Source: Selaginella moellendorffii
Lineage: Eukaryota; Plantae; Lycopodiophyta
Reading direction: 5' to 3'
Assembly (NCBI RefSeq): GCF_000143415.4
Contig: NW_003314350.1
Span: 682,001 to 746,000, forward strand
DNA: 64,000 nt
Numbering within the stretch: position 1 is the first letter of the stretch; each line of letters begins with the position of its first letter. A program made the translations under genes and the position numbers. Positions 22,733 through 33,236 of this stretch are shown in pieces. The notes below the pieces were generated by a model. That model did not search any database and had not been told where the DNA came from. It was given only the letters and a program-made list of their open reading frames with translations.

Positions 22733-23638
22733 TCAAAAATCCTTGAGCATCTCCTTGGTTTGCTCCAGCGTGATGAAGAGCACAACCGCAAATGGACCTT
22801 GCCGAGCAAAGCACGGAAGCAACCCCTTGTACAACGCAAGCACTCCCTCCGACCGGATCGTCTTCATGGCACAATCGATAGCATTCCTGTAAGGCGGCGT
22901 CTTCCCAAACACCACCTTCATGTTCATCACCCTCGTCTTGATCACGTCGATCGGCTCCGACACCACCGACGTGAGAAACCCCGACGTCAAGCTCGCCACC
23001 AGGTGCGTGGCGATGCCCTCGTTGGTGATCTTGTAAAACGCCAGCGTCTCCTTGACATGGTCGTAGCTCGCAAGCTGCACCGCGGTGACGATCATCGCCC
23101 TCTGGACCGTGAGAGAGGAGCCCCTCCACAGCGACAGGATCCCCTCGTTTCTCACCATCTGGGAGAGAGCGTCGAAAGCGTTCCTGTAGCTCCTGCGTTC
23201 TTTCGCCGGGAGCCTACCGTCGGCTTGCATTCTCACCATGACAACGTCCGCGGGATTTCCAGCTGCGGCACCGATCCCTCCGGCGATCAGAGCAGCAGCA
23301 ACCTTCTGAAAGAGTGGAAGATCCGCACCACCTACAACTCCGCCACCCGAGCCACTATCGCCGCTCAACCTGTGCTTGAGCATGTCGTAAATCCCCAGCC
23401 TCGTCGAGGCGTATAGAGTCTGTCTCAGCATTGCCGCTGACACACCAGCGTAGAGTCCTGCAAATCCTTCTGCCCGGACGAGCTTCGCTCCCATCACGAA
23501 TGGATTCATGTAGCTTTCCTGCATCTTTCCCTGTTCTCCCTGGAGCTGCATTCTGACTTTGATCAAATCTAGCGGATGCGTCGACACTCCTGCTACTACT
23601 GAAGCTATCCAGCCTTCCACAAAGCCTTTCCATCCCAT
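22733..23638 (-). CDS. DIC: Mitochondrial dicarboxylate carrier / UCP4-5-like (SLC25)
   Basis: MGWKGFVEG, THPLDLIKVRMQLQGE, NPADVVMVRMQADGRLP, PIDVIKTRVMNM: three carrier repeats. Confidence 0.92.
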   Translation of the reverse strand: MGWKGFVEGWIASVVAGVSTHPLDLIKVRMQLQGEQGKMQESYMNPFVMGAKLVRAEGFAGLYAGVSAAMLRQTLYASTRLGIYDMLKHRLSGDSGSGGGVVGGADLPLFQKVAAALIAGGIGAAAGNPADVVMVRMQADGRLPAKERRSYRNAFDALSQMVRNEGILSLWRGSSLTVQRAMIVTAVQLASYDHVKETLAFYKITNEGIATHLVASLTSGFLTSVVSEPIDVIKTRVMNMKVVFGKTPPYRNAIDCAMKTIRSEGVLALYKGLLPCFARQGPFAVVLFITLEQTKEMLKDF

Positions 23639-23790
23639 TCTCTCTACGCCAACCAGAGCCCTATTTCACAACTGTCGAGACCACCTCAATGGGAAGCGTT
23701 TTTCCGTGTGGGAATCGCGAGGCCATAGATCTACGGCTGCGAAACCTTGTCAGTTTATTAAACTCAAAAAATCGTACCTTTGGTACCGCG

Positions 23791-26102
23791 TTACAACCCG
23801 GCCTCTTTCTGCTTGTCGTCGCTCTCGGCTGGATTCTCAAAACTCTTGCCTTCGGTGGCGGTGTTGAGGAGGTTGCCATGCTTGGGCTTGATGTGCCGGC
23901 CTGCACGAACTTTTGGTCCCCAGTTCTCTTCTGGATTGGGAAGGAACCGGGCAACGCCTTTCATTTGTGCCTTGCTTTGAGCACCACGAGCTCGAGAGAA
24001 GTCCGCCTGGAGCACACGAAGAGTTCATTAACAAAAATCTCGCTTGAGCTAAAAAATCTACGAAGCACCTGTAATTTAGCTTCCTTGCTTAAAATAATGG
24101 TTCCGGGAGTTTCTTCCTTTTGAGCTTTGACGGGGTGTTCTTTGACCTGCATACGACTTGTAAGAAACAAGAGCGAGAGAAAAGAGAGAGAGAGAGAGAG
24201 GAGCTCACCCAACAGCGCATGATATCCCATATCACTTCCATAGGCGCGTCAGTTTTGAAACCAAGAGGGGAGGCATGGGTTCCCGAGATGCGGTAGCCAG
24301 CATTCAAAACGGCAGAGCGGAAGACTATAGCCGAAGGAGGTGTACACTTGAGCGTTGCGCTCAATTCATGGATGCTCAGATAAAGTGGTACGTCTATTAA
24401 TTCCTGCAAAAACACGCGCCAGTTATACTTTTGACTTCAAAAGCAAAATACTTTACCTCCGACACACTTGTTAGTATGCTATGAATTTTGTCAAACGCGG
24501 GATATCGCTTTTTTGCTTCACAAACTTGGGAAAGAATCGCGGATACCCATTCTGTGTCGTGAATAGGAGCGGCCCACATTGGTCCACCCATGTTGAAGTT
24601 TTTGCCACAGTGCTCACACTGCTGTTGTACAGTAGGCCCCAGACCAGGTAAATATCGAGTGCTGTTGTTCTTCATCACCAAAAAAAAGAAAGAAGTGTCA
24701 AATACAAAAGAATTGCGTCGATAGTACCTTCTGCACAATTCGACCCAAGGGTTGCAGGCAGAAATTGTCACATCCAACGCATTGATATACGTAAGCAAGC
24801 TTGCTGGGTGTTTGCTTCATTGCATTTGCCGATCTGTATGGTGCACAGATTCACATCAACTTAAACGATACGAGAGCTACTTACGTATATATGCGCACAA
24901 AAACTCTAATGTAAAAATCCACCGAAAGAGAAAGTACTGGTACTATATGTCTTTTGTATCTGTTGGCATGACTCTGAAGCTCAAACGTTAGAATAAAAAT
25001 GTTACAAACAATAAGAAGACCACGAACCTCGATAGTCGCCAATAAAATTCGAAGAGCCATTTCATGACAATACTTTGCACGAAGAGAATAGCTCCCATAC
25101 CTGTGACAACAAACATAAATACACATATATACTTGAATAAGCCCGTGAAGCATACTTGGAGTAGCAGACTTCTCCATTGTTACCACATAAGACAGCCATG
25201 TCAGTGGCAGTGCACATGAGCATGCCACCATCGGCGATTGTCTGAACCGCAGAGTCCAGAAAAATCGATGGCGAGCCGTATGGATCCAAATCAACCTGCA
25301 CAGCTTTATAGAGCGCCGCATTCACCTGATGCAAAACTTACCACATCGAACTGTTTCTCATGAGTAAGCATATAAACCCGTGAATCAGCTTGCTGAGCTT
25401 CTACTTTAGATGCAGCAACAGATCCGTTCAGCTTGATATTTCTGGCGCATGCTTCCACCGCAACTGCGAAATAAAAACGCTCAAACACCTCTCATGTAGC
25501 ACATAGTGGAAGCCTTACCTTTGTCACTGTCGAGCGCAAGCACGGAGGCAATACCTTCGACTTCTCGGGCATATCTCAAAGCGCGCAATCCCGAAGCTGC
25601 TAGAGCCTAGAGAGAACAAAAATTAAGAGAAAAAATAAACCAAGTCCGAGAAACAATGTACCTCGAGCACACGAATCGGCTTCGCGATGTTATTTTCAGA
25701 GCTAGAGGTCGCCTCCACTTTGGTAGAAGTTTCACCAGCACTACCATTAACTTCGACGACTTCTTCAGTCGCGGCCTTTGAATTCCTAGCTTTGATAGCA
25801 GCTTGTCTCGCAATGTGCTCCTCCTGACGCTTAGCTATAAACGATCGAAGCACCGCAATGGACATATCTCGGTTGACAACCTGGTAGAAGAACACACCGC
25901 TAAATCAAAGAAGAAAAAAAAACATATCACTTACTTGCGTCTTGTTGTAAAACACATCGTTCCCATGCTGTAGAATTTCCGCGTCGCCCTCTCGGAGAAT
26001 TCGATACTCCGACACATCCACCTTGTGCTTGGTGTCCGGCGGTGCAGCTCCATTCCCATCCCTCTTGCGCTTCCCATTGTCCGCCACAGCCGGCTCTTCC
26101 AT
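23791..26102 (-). CDS. TRM1: tRNA (guanine26-N2)-dimethyltransferase, multi-exon
   Basis: VFYNKTQ|[10 protein letters not shown]|[65 protein letters not shown]. Confidence 0.93.
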
Positions 26103-26153
26103 CTCGCCGCGAGAGTAAAGCCCTAGGCTTCCTTAAACCCTAAAGGAGGAACC

Positions 26154-27800
26154 CTAAAACAGGGCACGGTTAAGAAGATCAACGACACAGCTATAGTTTT
26201 CGAGGCTAATGAGAATACCATAGTCTGGAGCGATCGATTGTGCGATCTGGACGCCGTGATCCAGGAGACCAAAGTGGCTGCAGCAAGAGATCACGCTTGA
26301 GAAGGAGATGGAGTCTGGATTTACCCCGAGCTGCTGCATTCTCCGGAAGATCTCGAGGGTGCTATCGCCAGAGCGCCGAGATGTTGCTCCGATCAACGCA
26401 TTCCACGATGATAGATTTAAATCCTCCTTCTTTCCCATGAAGTCGAAGAGGAGCGCGGCCGATTCGATGTCGCCGTTTGAGCTCAGAGTGTGGATCAGCG
26501 CGTCGCCAACGACACGATCGATCGACAAGTTCCAATCGCGAGCTACACCAAGAACAGCATGCATCGTCGTCAGTTCTTGAGACTGGAGCAAACTTACGAG
26601 CGTGATCCGGTCCGGAGCTTCGCCAAGTTGCTGCATTCTCCACAAAAGCTCCACAGCTCGATGATCGTGATGGTAGTTTTGTACAAACGCTGCGATCAAA
26701 GTGTTCCAGCTCACAATGTCCCTGTGGATCATCTCGTCAAAAACCATCACCGCGTCGTCCAAACTCTCACACTTACCATACACACTCAAGAGACTGTTCG
26801 CGATTTCCGTGTTGGATTCAAGCAGGCTCTCACGGATCCAGCCATGGATCTTCTTCGCAGCCCGGAGATTCGATGGTCCTGCCAAGAGTTTCAGAATGGC
26901 AAGAAACGTGATCCTGTTTGGAGACAAACCTTCAAGCAGCATGGCTTGGAAACACCGGAGAGCGCAGTGTTCTTCTTGCTGGAGGCCGATCATCAGATTC
27001 CATGAAACTAAGTCTCGGTTCTTCATCTCCCGGAAGATCACGCCAGCATCGTCTAGGCAGCCACACCTCGCAAACATACTGAGAAGAGCGTTAGAAACAA
27101 TAGCATGGGCTTGGAAGCCACTCTCGAGAATGTGAGCGTGAAGGAGCCTACCATGGTCGATCGAAGAACACGAGCTTAAAGCCGTGACGAAAGTGATGCC
27201 ATTGGGTTTGATCCCGAGCAGCTGCATCGTCTCGTATAGCTCTAGCGCGTCGCTGGAATGCCCACACCGGGCATACGACGCTAGCATGGAATTCCAAGCG
27301 GCTACCGCGGATGAATGATCGCCTTGCGCAAAAAAGATTTCTTCCGCGCGATCCACCCGGTTGAATCTGCCATACATGTGAATGAGCGCTACATAGACGA
27401 AAATATCCACCGCGAACCTGGATTCGTCGATCCAGGAGTGGATCGCTTCTCCTAGCTCGAGCCTGTGGCAGGCCTTGAGAACGATCGAAGCGGCGACTCG
27501 ATCGAGCAGGATTCCTTCGCTCAGCATCCGCCTCAGCGAAAGAAACGCCGCTTCCATCTGGCCTTTCTTGGCGTGCTCCGCAAATAGACGGGTCCAGAAC
27601 ACGAGATTTTCTTGTGGACTGCCGATCTCATGCCCGCATTCTAGCCCAGAGGAGTGATTCAAGCGGCCGGAGGGGAGATCGCGGCCAGAATCTAGAGCTG
27701 AGAGGAATGCTACCTTGTCTGGAGTGGAGCGATCGCGGAAGAGCCTCAGCGCCCGGGCAATCTCATACCCTAGACCAGGAGCTTGGCTTTTTCCCTCCAT
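26154..27800 (-). CDS. PLS-class PPR protein ending at the start of the E domain (degenerate or truncated)
   Basis: AWNSMLASYARCG, VSNALLSMFARCG, DIVSWNTLIAAF; stops at YSCVVDLLNRALF. Start codon uncertain (27800 preferred). Confidence 0.85.
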   Translation of the reverse strand: MEGKSQAPGLGYEIARALRLFRDRSTPDKVAFLSALDSGRDLPSGRLNHSSGLECGHEIGSPQENLVFWTRLFAEHAKKGQMEAAFLSLRRMLSEGILLDRVAASIVLKACHRLELGEAIHSWIDESRFAVDIFVYVALIHMYGRFNRVDRAEEIFFAQGDHSSAVAAWNSMLASYARCGHSSDALELYETMQLLGIKPNGITFVTALSSCSSIDHGRLLHAHILESGFQAHAIVSNALLSMFARCGCLDDAGVIFREMKNRDLVSWNLMIGLQQEEHCALRCFQAMLLEGLSPNRITFLAILKLLAGPSNLRAAKKIHGWIRESLLESNTEIANSLLSVYGKCESLDDAVMVFDEMIHRDIVSWNTLIAAFVQNYHHDHRAVELLWRMQQLGEAPDRITLVSLLQSQELTTMHAVLGVARDWNLSIDRVVGDALIHTLSSNGDIESAALLFDFMGKKEDLNLSSWNALIGATSRRSGDSTLEIFRRMQQLGVNPDSISFSSVISCCSHFGLLDHGVQIAQSIAPDYGILISLENYSCVVDLLNRALF

Positions 27801-27839
27801 TTTTTTCGATACTCTCAAGAACCCTAGAAATATTTGGCT

Positions 27840-29642
27840 ATGGATGGGGTAGTAATCGGGAGTAGCGCCACGCATCTTCATTCCAAATCGGTGAGCTCCA
27901 GCTCGGGATTCCTCCGCCTAAAGCAGCAGTTAGGTCTTGCCGATTCGCCGCTCGCGGAGAACACCGACGGCTACGCATTTCTCGTCCGGAGGTGCTCGCA
28001 GGCGGGATCGCTCTCTCTCGGCCGCCAGATTCACGCGGAGTTCCTGGCCAGCGCGCTGCTGGATCGATCCCACACCTTCGTCAACAATCTCCTGGTTCAC
28101 ATGTATGGGAGATTTGGGAGCGTGGAAGAGGCCTGGATCGTCTTCAACGGGATTCCTCGCCGGAACGAGTTCTCGTGGAACATCATGATGGCAGCGCTTC
28201 TCCACAACAGGGATCCCTCACAGGTCTTGGATCTCTACGAGAGAATGGGCGTGGAAGGCGTCGCGATGGACAGCTTTGCATTCTCCACAGTTCTAAGCGC
28301 GTGCTCGAGCCTGGGAGATCTGGATCAAGGCAGGAAGATTCACGAACAGATCAAACTCTCCGGTCGCAAGCTCAACACCATCGTCACCACGGCTCTCTTT
28401 GACATGTATGCCAAGTGTGGTAGCCTGGAAGAAGCTAGCAGTGTTTTCTCCTCGATGCAAAGGAAGGACCGAGTGGCTTGGAACGCCATGCTTGCTGCGT
28501 ATGCCGAGAACGGGCATGGCAAGGAGACACTAGAGCTCTACTGGAGAATGGACTGCGAAGGTGTGAGGCCGGATAAGTTCACTTTCTCTAGTGTTCTTGA
28601 CGCTTGTGCTGATCTCGGGGCTCTCGCAGTGGGAAAATCCGTCCACCAACGAGCTACTGGCTACGACTTCGACGTGATTTTTAGCACTGCGCTGTTCAAC
28701 ATGTACTCCAGGTGTGGGAGCTTGGAGGACGTGAAGCTGATCTTTGAAACGCTGTCTAGAGGAGACGTTGTTTCATGGAGCGCCGTGATCTTGGCGTATG
28801 CCCGGACCGGGCATGGTCGGAAGGCACTGGAGCTGTTTCGCGACATGAATCTGGAAGGTGTGTGTCCTAACGATGTGACTCTCACCAGCATTTTGCATGC
28901 TTGCTCTCACACCGGTTTGCTGCATGATGCCAGGAGTTACTTTCTCACCATGAGCGACGACCACGGTATCAAGCAGACTCTAGAGCTCTGGGTTTGCATG
29001 GTGGATTCGTTGGGACGAGCAGGAAGGCTGAAAGACGCGGAAGAACTTGTAAGGACCATGCCGCTCTATCCGGATTTCATCGCCTGGATGACACTGCTGG
29101 GAGCTTGCAAGCTTCACAGGAACTTGGAACAGGGGCCTCGGGTCGCAGAGGAGGCACTGGAAATGCTACCGGAGAGTGCTTCTCCTTACGTGGTCCTCTT
29201 GAGCATGTACGCTCTCGCTGGCAAACACGACGAAGCCAAACGAGTGAGAAGAGCCATGGAAGAGCGGGGGATGAAAAAAGCATCCGGTCGAAGCTACATC
29301 GAAGTCGGAAACAAAGTTCACGAGTTCGTGGAAGGAGAAGCTTCTTTTCATCCAAAGACTCAGGCCATCAGAAATCTTCTTCAGGAGTTACATGACGTTA
29401 ATGCTCAGGAGGAAAGTGATCCATCGTCCGACCACTCTGAGAGGCTGGCGATTGGCTTCGGACTGCTGAGTACCAAACAGGGAACGCCACTGCGAGTCGT
29501 GAGCAACCTCAGTGTGTGTCCCGACTGCCACACCGCGGTGAAGAACATCTCCAAGCTCACGAAAAGAGAGATCACTGTCCGAGACTTCAGCCGCTACCAT
29601 GTCTTCCGCGATGGATCCTGTACGTGCAACGATTGCTGGTGA
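27840..29642 (+). CDS. PPR-DYW RNA editing factor (C-terminus DCW)
   Basis: PLS motifs, E1/E2, SGRSYIEV (PG box), HSERLA, CPDCH, HVFRDGSCTCNDCW. Confidence 0.93.
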   Translation: MDGVVIGSSATHLHSKSVSSSSGFLRLKQQLGLADSPLAENTDGYAFLVRRCSQAGSLSLGRQIHAEFLASALLDRSHTFVNNLLVHMYGRFGSVEEAWIVFNGIPRRNEFSWNIMMAALLHNRDPSQVLDLYERMGVEGVAMDSFAFSTVLSACSSLGDLDQGRKIHEQIKLSGRKLNTIVTTALFDMYAKCGSLEEASSVFSSMQRKDRVAWNAMLAAYAENGHGKETLELYWRMDCEGVRPDKFTFSSVLDACADLGALAVGKSVHQRATGYDFDVIFSTALFNMYSRCGSLEDVKLIFETLSRGDVVSWSAVILAYARTGHGRKALELFRDMNLEGVCPNDVTLTSILHACSHTGLLHDARSYFLTMSDDHGIKQTLELWVCMVDSLGRAGRLKDAEELVRTMPLYPDFIAWMTLLGACKLHRNLEQGPRVAEEALEMLPESASPYVVLLSMYALAGKHDEAKRVRRAMEERGMKKASGRSYIEVGNKVHEFVEGEASFHPKTQAIRNLLQELHDVNAQEESDPSSDHSERLAIGFGLLSTKQGTPLRVVSNLSVCPDCHTAVKNISKLTKREITVRDFSRYHVFRDGSCTCNDCW

Positions 29643-30239
29643 CCACCTCCATTTTCCTCCCTCAGAATCACAGGTTTGCAAAATTATTTTTCAACTCTCT
29701 AATGCTACTAAGCTCTTTTTTTTTCCAGGACTTCGTGCAAAGCAGAACCAGCTCGTTTCTTTCTATACTTCTTTCTCTTTGTAAGGATATGTATTGTGTT
29801 TCTTCTTGATTAGTTCTAACTCTTTGCTTCTTTTCTCAAGCGTCAGGTTTGCAAGCCTTTGTTTTTTCTGCCACTTCTTTAAGGTTTGCAGAGCTCTAGT
29901 CTTAACTCTTGGTTTTCCAGGAAGCTCTCCTAGTTCGTGCAAAGAGGAACCAGCTCTCGTTTCATTTCTCCTTCGTCGTGAGGTAACCTTGCTTCCTTGC
30001 TTCAAATCAAAGTGGTGAATATTCGTGTTTCATCTGTCCAGGATTCGAACTGACCGAGTTAGGGTTGACGCAAAAAAGAGCCCTGTCTTTTGGGGTGACG
30101 TGTATGAGCGGAGGGCGGTTGGCGGCAAGGCAGCAGCGCGAAGCAAAGGTGAGCGCTTTTTCTTTTTAGCAATCGTAGCATGGCACTCTCTAAAAGTCGC
30201 GTTTTTTAGGCACATTGTGCGTGGAATGGAGAATGTAGC

Positions 30240-32301
30240 ATGAAAGGCAGCGACACAGCCGTTTTACCCGTGCAATTTAAAAGTCTGGCTCCCAAAAGGT
30301 ATGTTGAGGAAACCAGGCCTAGTCGGACACCTCCAGAACACAGGAGGGACTCATCCAGGGCCAGTTCCTTGTTTCGTAACTTTGAGAAGGAATTGGTAGA
30401 CACTTCGGCTCCAAATAGCAGCAGGAGGAACTCCAGCACGAGTTCAGCCAGCAGATTTGCAGAGACGAGCCGGCCATCGGCTTCTGATCTTCACGAACTT
30501 AGATATGGAAGGAGTAGCAGCATTTCCACGCAATCCTCGACAACTCCTAAGGACGAACCAGTTTTCCCAAGCAGGACTTCAGTCAGGGCTATAGAAACCA
30601 AAGACGAAGCTGACGGATGGAATGATTTTTCATTTTCCTCCATGCCTTTGCGACAACCAGGGAAGAAACCAGGGTCTCGAGGCGGTGAAGATGAATACGA
30701 AGAAGGTGGCCGGTCAAGTAGCAGGCTGAGCAATAGTGGGGGCTGTTCGTCGTCGGGAACCGGGCTCTCACAGTCATTTACTGAGATGAACTTGCGAACG
30801 AGACAGTCCTCTTTTCAAGACTCCCGGGGAAGTAGAAGCAACAGCTTGAACAGCAGATCTTCCATTCAGGGAAGGCAAGTCGCAGGTCTAGTGGGTCTGA
30901 TGAACGAGGGGAACACTTGCTTCTTAAACAGCTGCTTGCAGTGCTTGGCACACACAGTCCCGCTCTCGTCAGCAATTCTAGGACCGTTTTCGGAGTTGAT
31001 CCAAACCAAAGGTGCCGCAGCGAGGAGCAGGAGAGACACGGCTAGCTTGTCCGAAATGCTGGCTTATTCTTTTCGCCAGCTTCTCAAGGACCTTTGTGGA
31101 AAACCATCGTACTCGACTGCCAGTGCGTCAATGCTTCTACAGAGCTTGCAAGGCTTGTCACCCCAGTTTGCTGGGAATCGACAACACGATGCTCAGGTAC
31201 GAGATCTTCTTTCATTTGGTTTTTTGTTCCCTTCATATATCAAAATGCAATGCAGGAGGCGATGCGAACAATTATTGATGGGCTTCACGAAGCATTGAAT
31301 CGAAAACCACCCGGGCGTCCAAAATGTCCAGAGCCTCCTCCCACAACACCGGAAGCCGAGATTGCAGATATTTGCTGGGAACATCACAAAATGTGGAACA
31401 ACTCCGTGATTCAGGATATCTTCTGCGGTAAACTTTTTTGTTTATTTGTTTTTCTTCTTGATAGCTTACAATTTCCTGCCTGACAGGACAGCTGCAGAGT
31501 ACCATAGAATGCTCGGTGTGCCACAGAAAGTCGCATTGTTTTGATCCTTTCCTGGATTTGTCACTCCCACTTTCAAAGAGCGGTGGCTCTGATAACTTCA
31601 GGAACTTCGGCAGCAGCCGCTCGAGGATGACGATCGAGGATTGTCTCTCGGCGTTTGTCGCTCCCGAGACACTGGACCCGTCCAACAAGTACTATTGTTC
31701 CGGTTGCAAGGTACGTAGAGTTCATCCTCGTTATCAAATAATAAGGGAACTTTACACAGATGCATCGTCAAAGATCTACGTCTCTTCATCCTCGTTTTCT
31801 TAACTGCAGGCTCCACAAATCTCTACCAAGAAACTCAGCATTTACAGGGCTCCTTCGGTCTTAGTCCTTCACATCAAGGTACAAGTTGGCTTATAATTTC
31901 TTCAAGCAATCTCATGGTGTTCTCTTCTCTTTTGTTTCTCAGAGATTCTATGGTGTAGAACCACGCTCCTACAGAAAGGATGACCGGCCCGTTGTGTATC
32001 CTCTCAATGGACTTGATCTTAGCAGTTTCATGAGGTAAAAATTTCATTTTTTTCGATTGGAAGACTGTTACTATAGCTTGATGTTTGCAGCACGACTGCC
32101 AAGAGGCATTTTTCTCAGCAGCAGGCAACGTATGATTTATATGGTGTTTGCTCGCATTTTGGATCACTAGGCTATGGACACTACACCGCGACGTGTAGAA
32201 GTGTTGACAATGGCTGGTATTGTTACAACGATAGTAGCGTTACTTCTGTACAGGACCCGGTTGATTCTTCAGCCTACATCCTCTTTTATCAGAGGAGTTA
32301 A
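30240..32301 (+). CDS. Ubiquitin-specific protease (peptidase C19), multi-exon, with an S/R-rich disordered N-terminus
   Basis: Cys box GLMNEGNTCFLNSCLQCL, QHDAQE, DPFLDLSL, His box HFGSLGYGHYTA, WYCYND, AYILFY. Confidence 0.92.
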
Positions 32302-32444
32302 AAGGCAAGTTTTTTCTTTGTTTTATTTTATTTTGTACCAAACTTTTACATTTTTTTCAACTTTGTTTGGTTACCACCAGTTTTGGTACCTATTAGCGAT
32401 ATAATAAGATCTCTGGTAAGTTTTACTCCAGCTTGGGTACCATA

Positions 32445-33049
32445 ATGAAAATTTTTTTAGTTGTATTAGCAATTGTTTCACTCGCACAGGTAATTTTACT
32501 AATAGGTTCTTTACCTGTTAGTAATTCCCTTTGTTTTTGCAGCTAGCTTTATCTCTAGATATAAATTTACTAAATTCCACATGCTATGGTTATAAACAAA
32601 GGTTGCTCGAATTTGATTTCTATCTTCATACCATTCGTACCGCGATCAACAGTTCTCTTGAAGTTAACGAAACTCCTGTGACAGGGCTTGCACGTCAATT
32701 CCCTCCATATAGTTTTGGCTATACTTTTGCTTTCAGTCGCAAGCTAACCTCAAGTTTTGAGTATACGTCTCCAGAAATCGGTCGCATGGAAGGATACACT
32801 GCAGTTCCCAGCGCAGGCCAGGAATTTACTCAGGCCGATTTTAATTTCACCACACCAGCTTCTGGATATTTTACTGTGGCAGGGTATACAGATTTTACAC
32901 GGTTAACGAACAAATACATTGTGAATGGAGGCATTGGAGATTTTGCATACTCAATTGGACAAGTGATTGTCACCACTGCATTTAACTACACAGGCAACAA
33001 CTTTGTGTTTCTATGCAAAGCCTCACTTACTGTCCTCAAGCTTTGTTAG
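32445..33049 (+). CDS. Dirigent-like secreted protein (exons 32445-32489 and 32543-33049)
   Basis: Signal-peptide exon MKIFLVVLAIVSLAQ; FYLH, FGYTFAF..KLT, S.EIGRMEG, IVNGGIGDF motifs. Confidence 0.78.
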
Positions 33050-33236
33050 AAGAATAAGTAATAAAATCAAGAAAAGTGTAACTGTATTCTTATTACTATA
33101 TTATGCTCACTCAAAATAATTCCAAGTTTATGAGTTTGTACCATATTATATATTGTGATTTAACTAAATACTAATTTTGAATAGAATTTAAGATTTTAAT
33201 TTCTTTTCTTAATAGTAAATTATAACCAGGGTTATA

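Noticed and set aside
22577-23416. 279-aa plus-strand ORF
   Set aside because: Antisense shadow of the GC3-rich DIC gene with no motifs.
29670-30010. Lys/Arg-rich minus-strand ORF and a degenerate ~200-bp duplication
   Set aside because: Explained by T-rich UTR/intron-like sequence on the plus strand.
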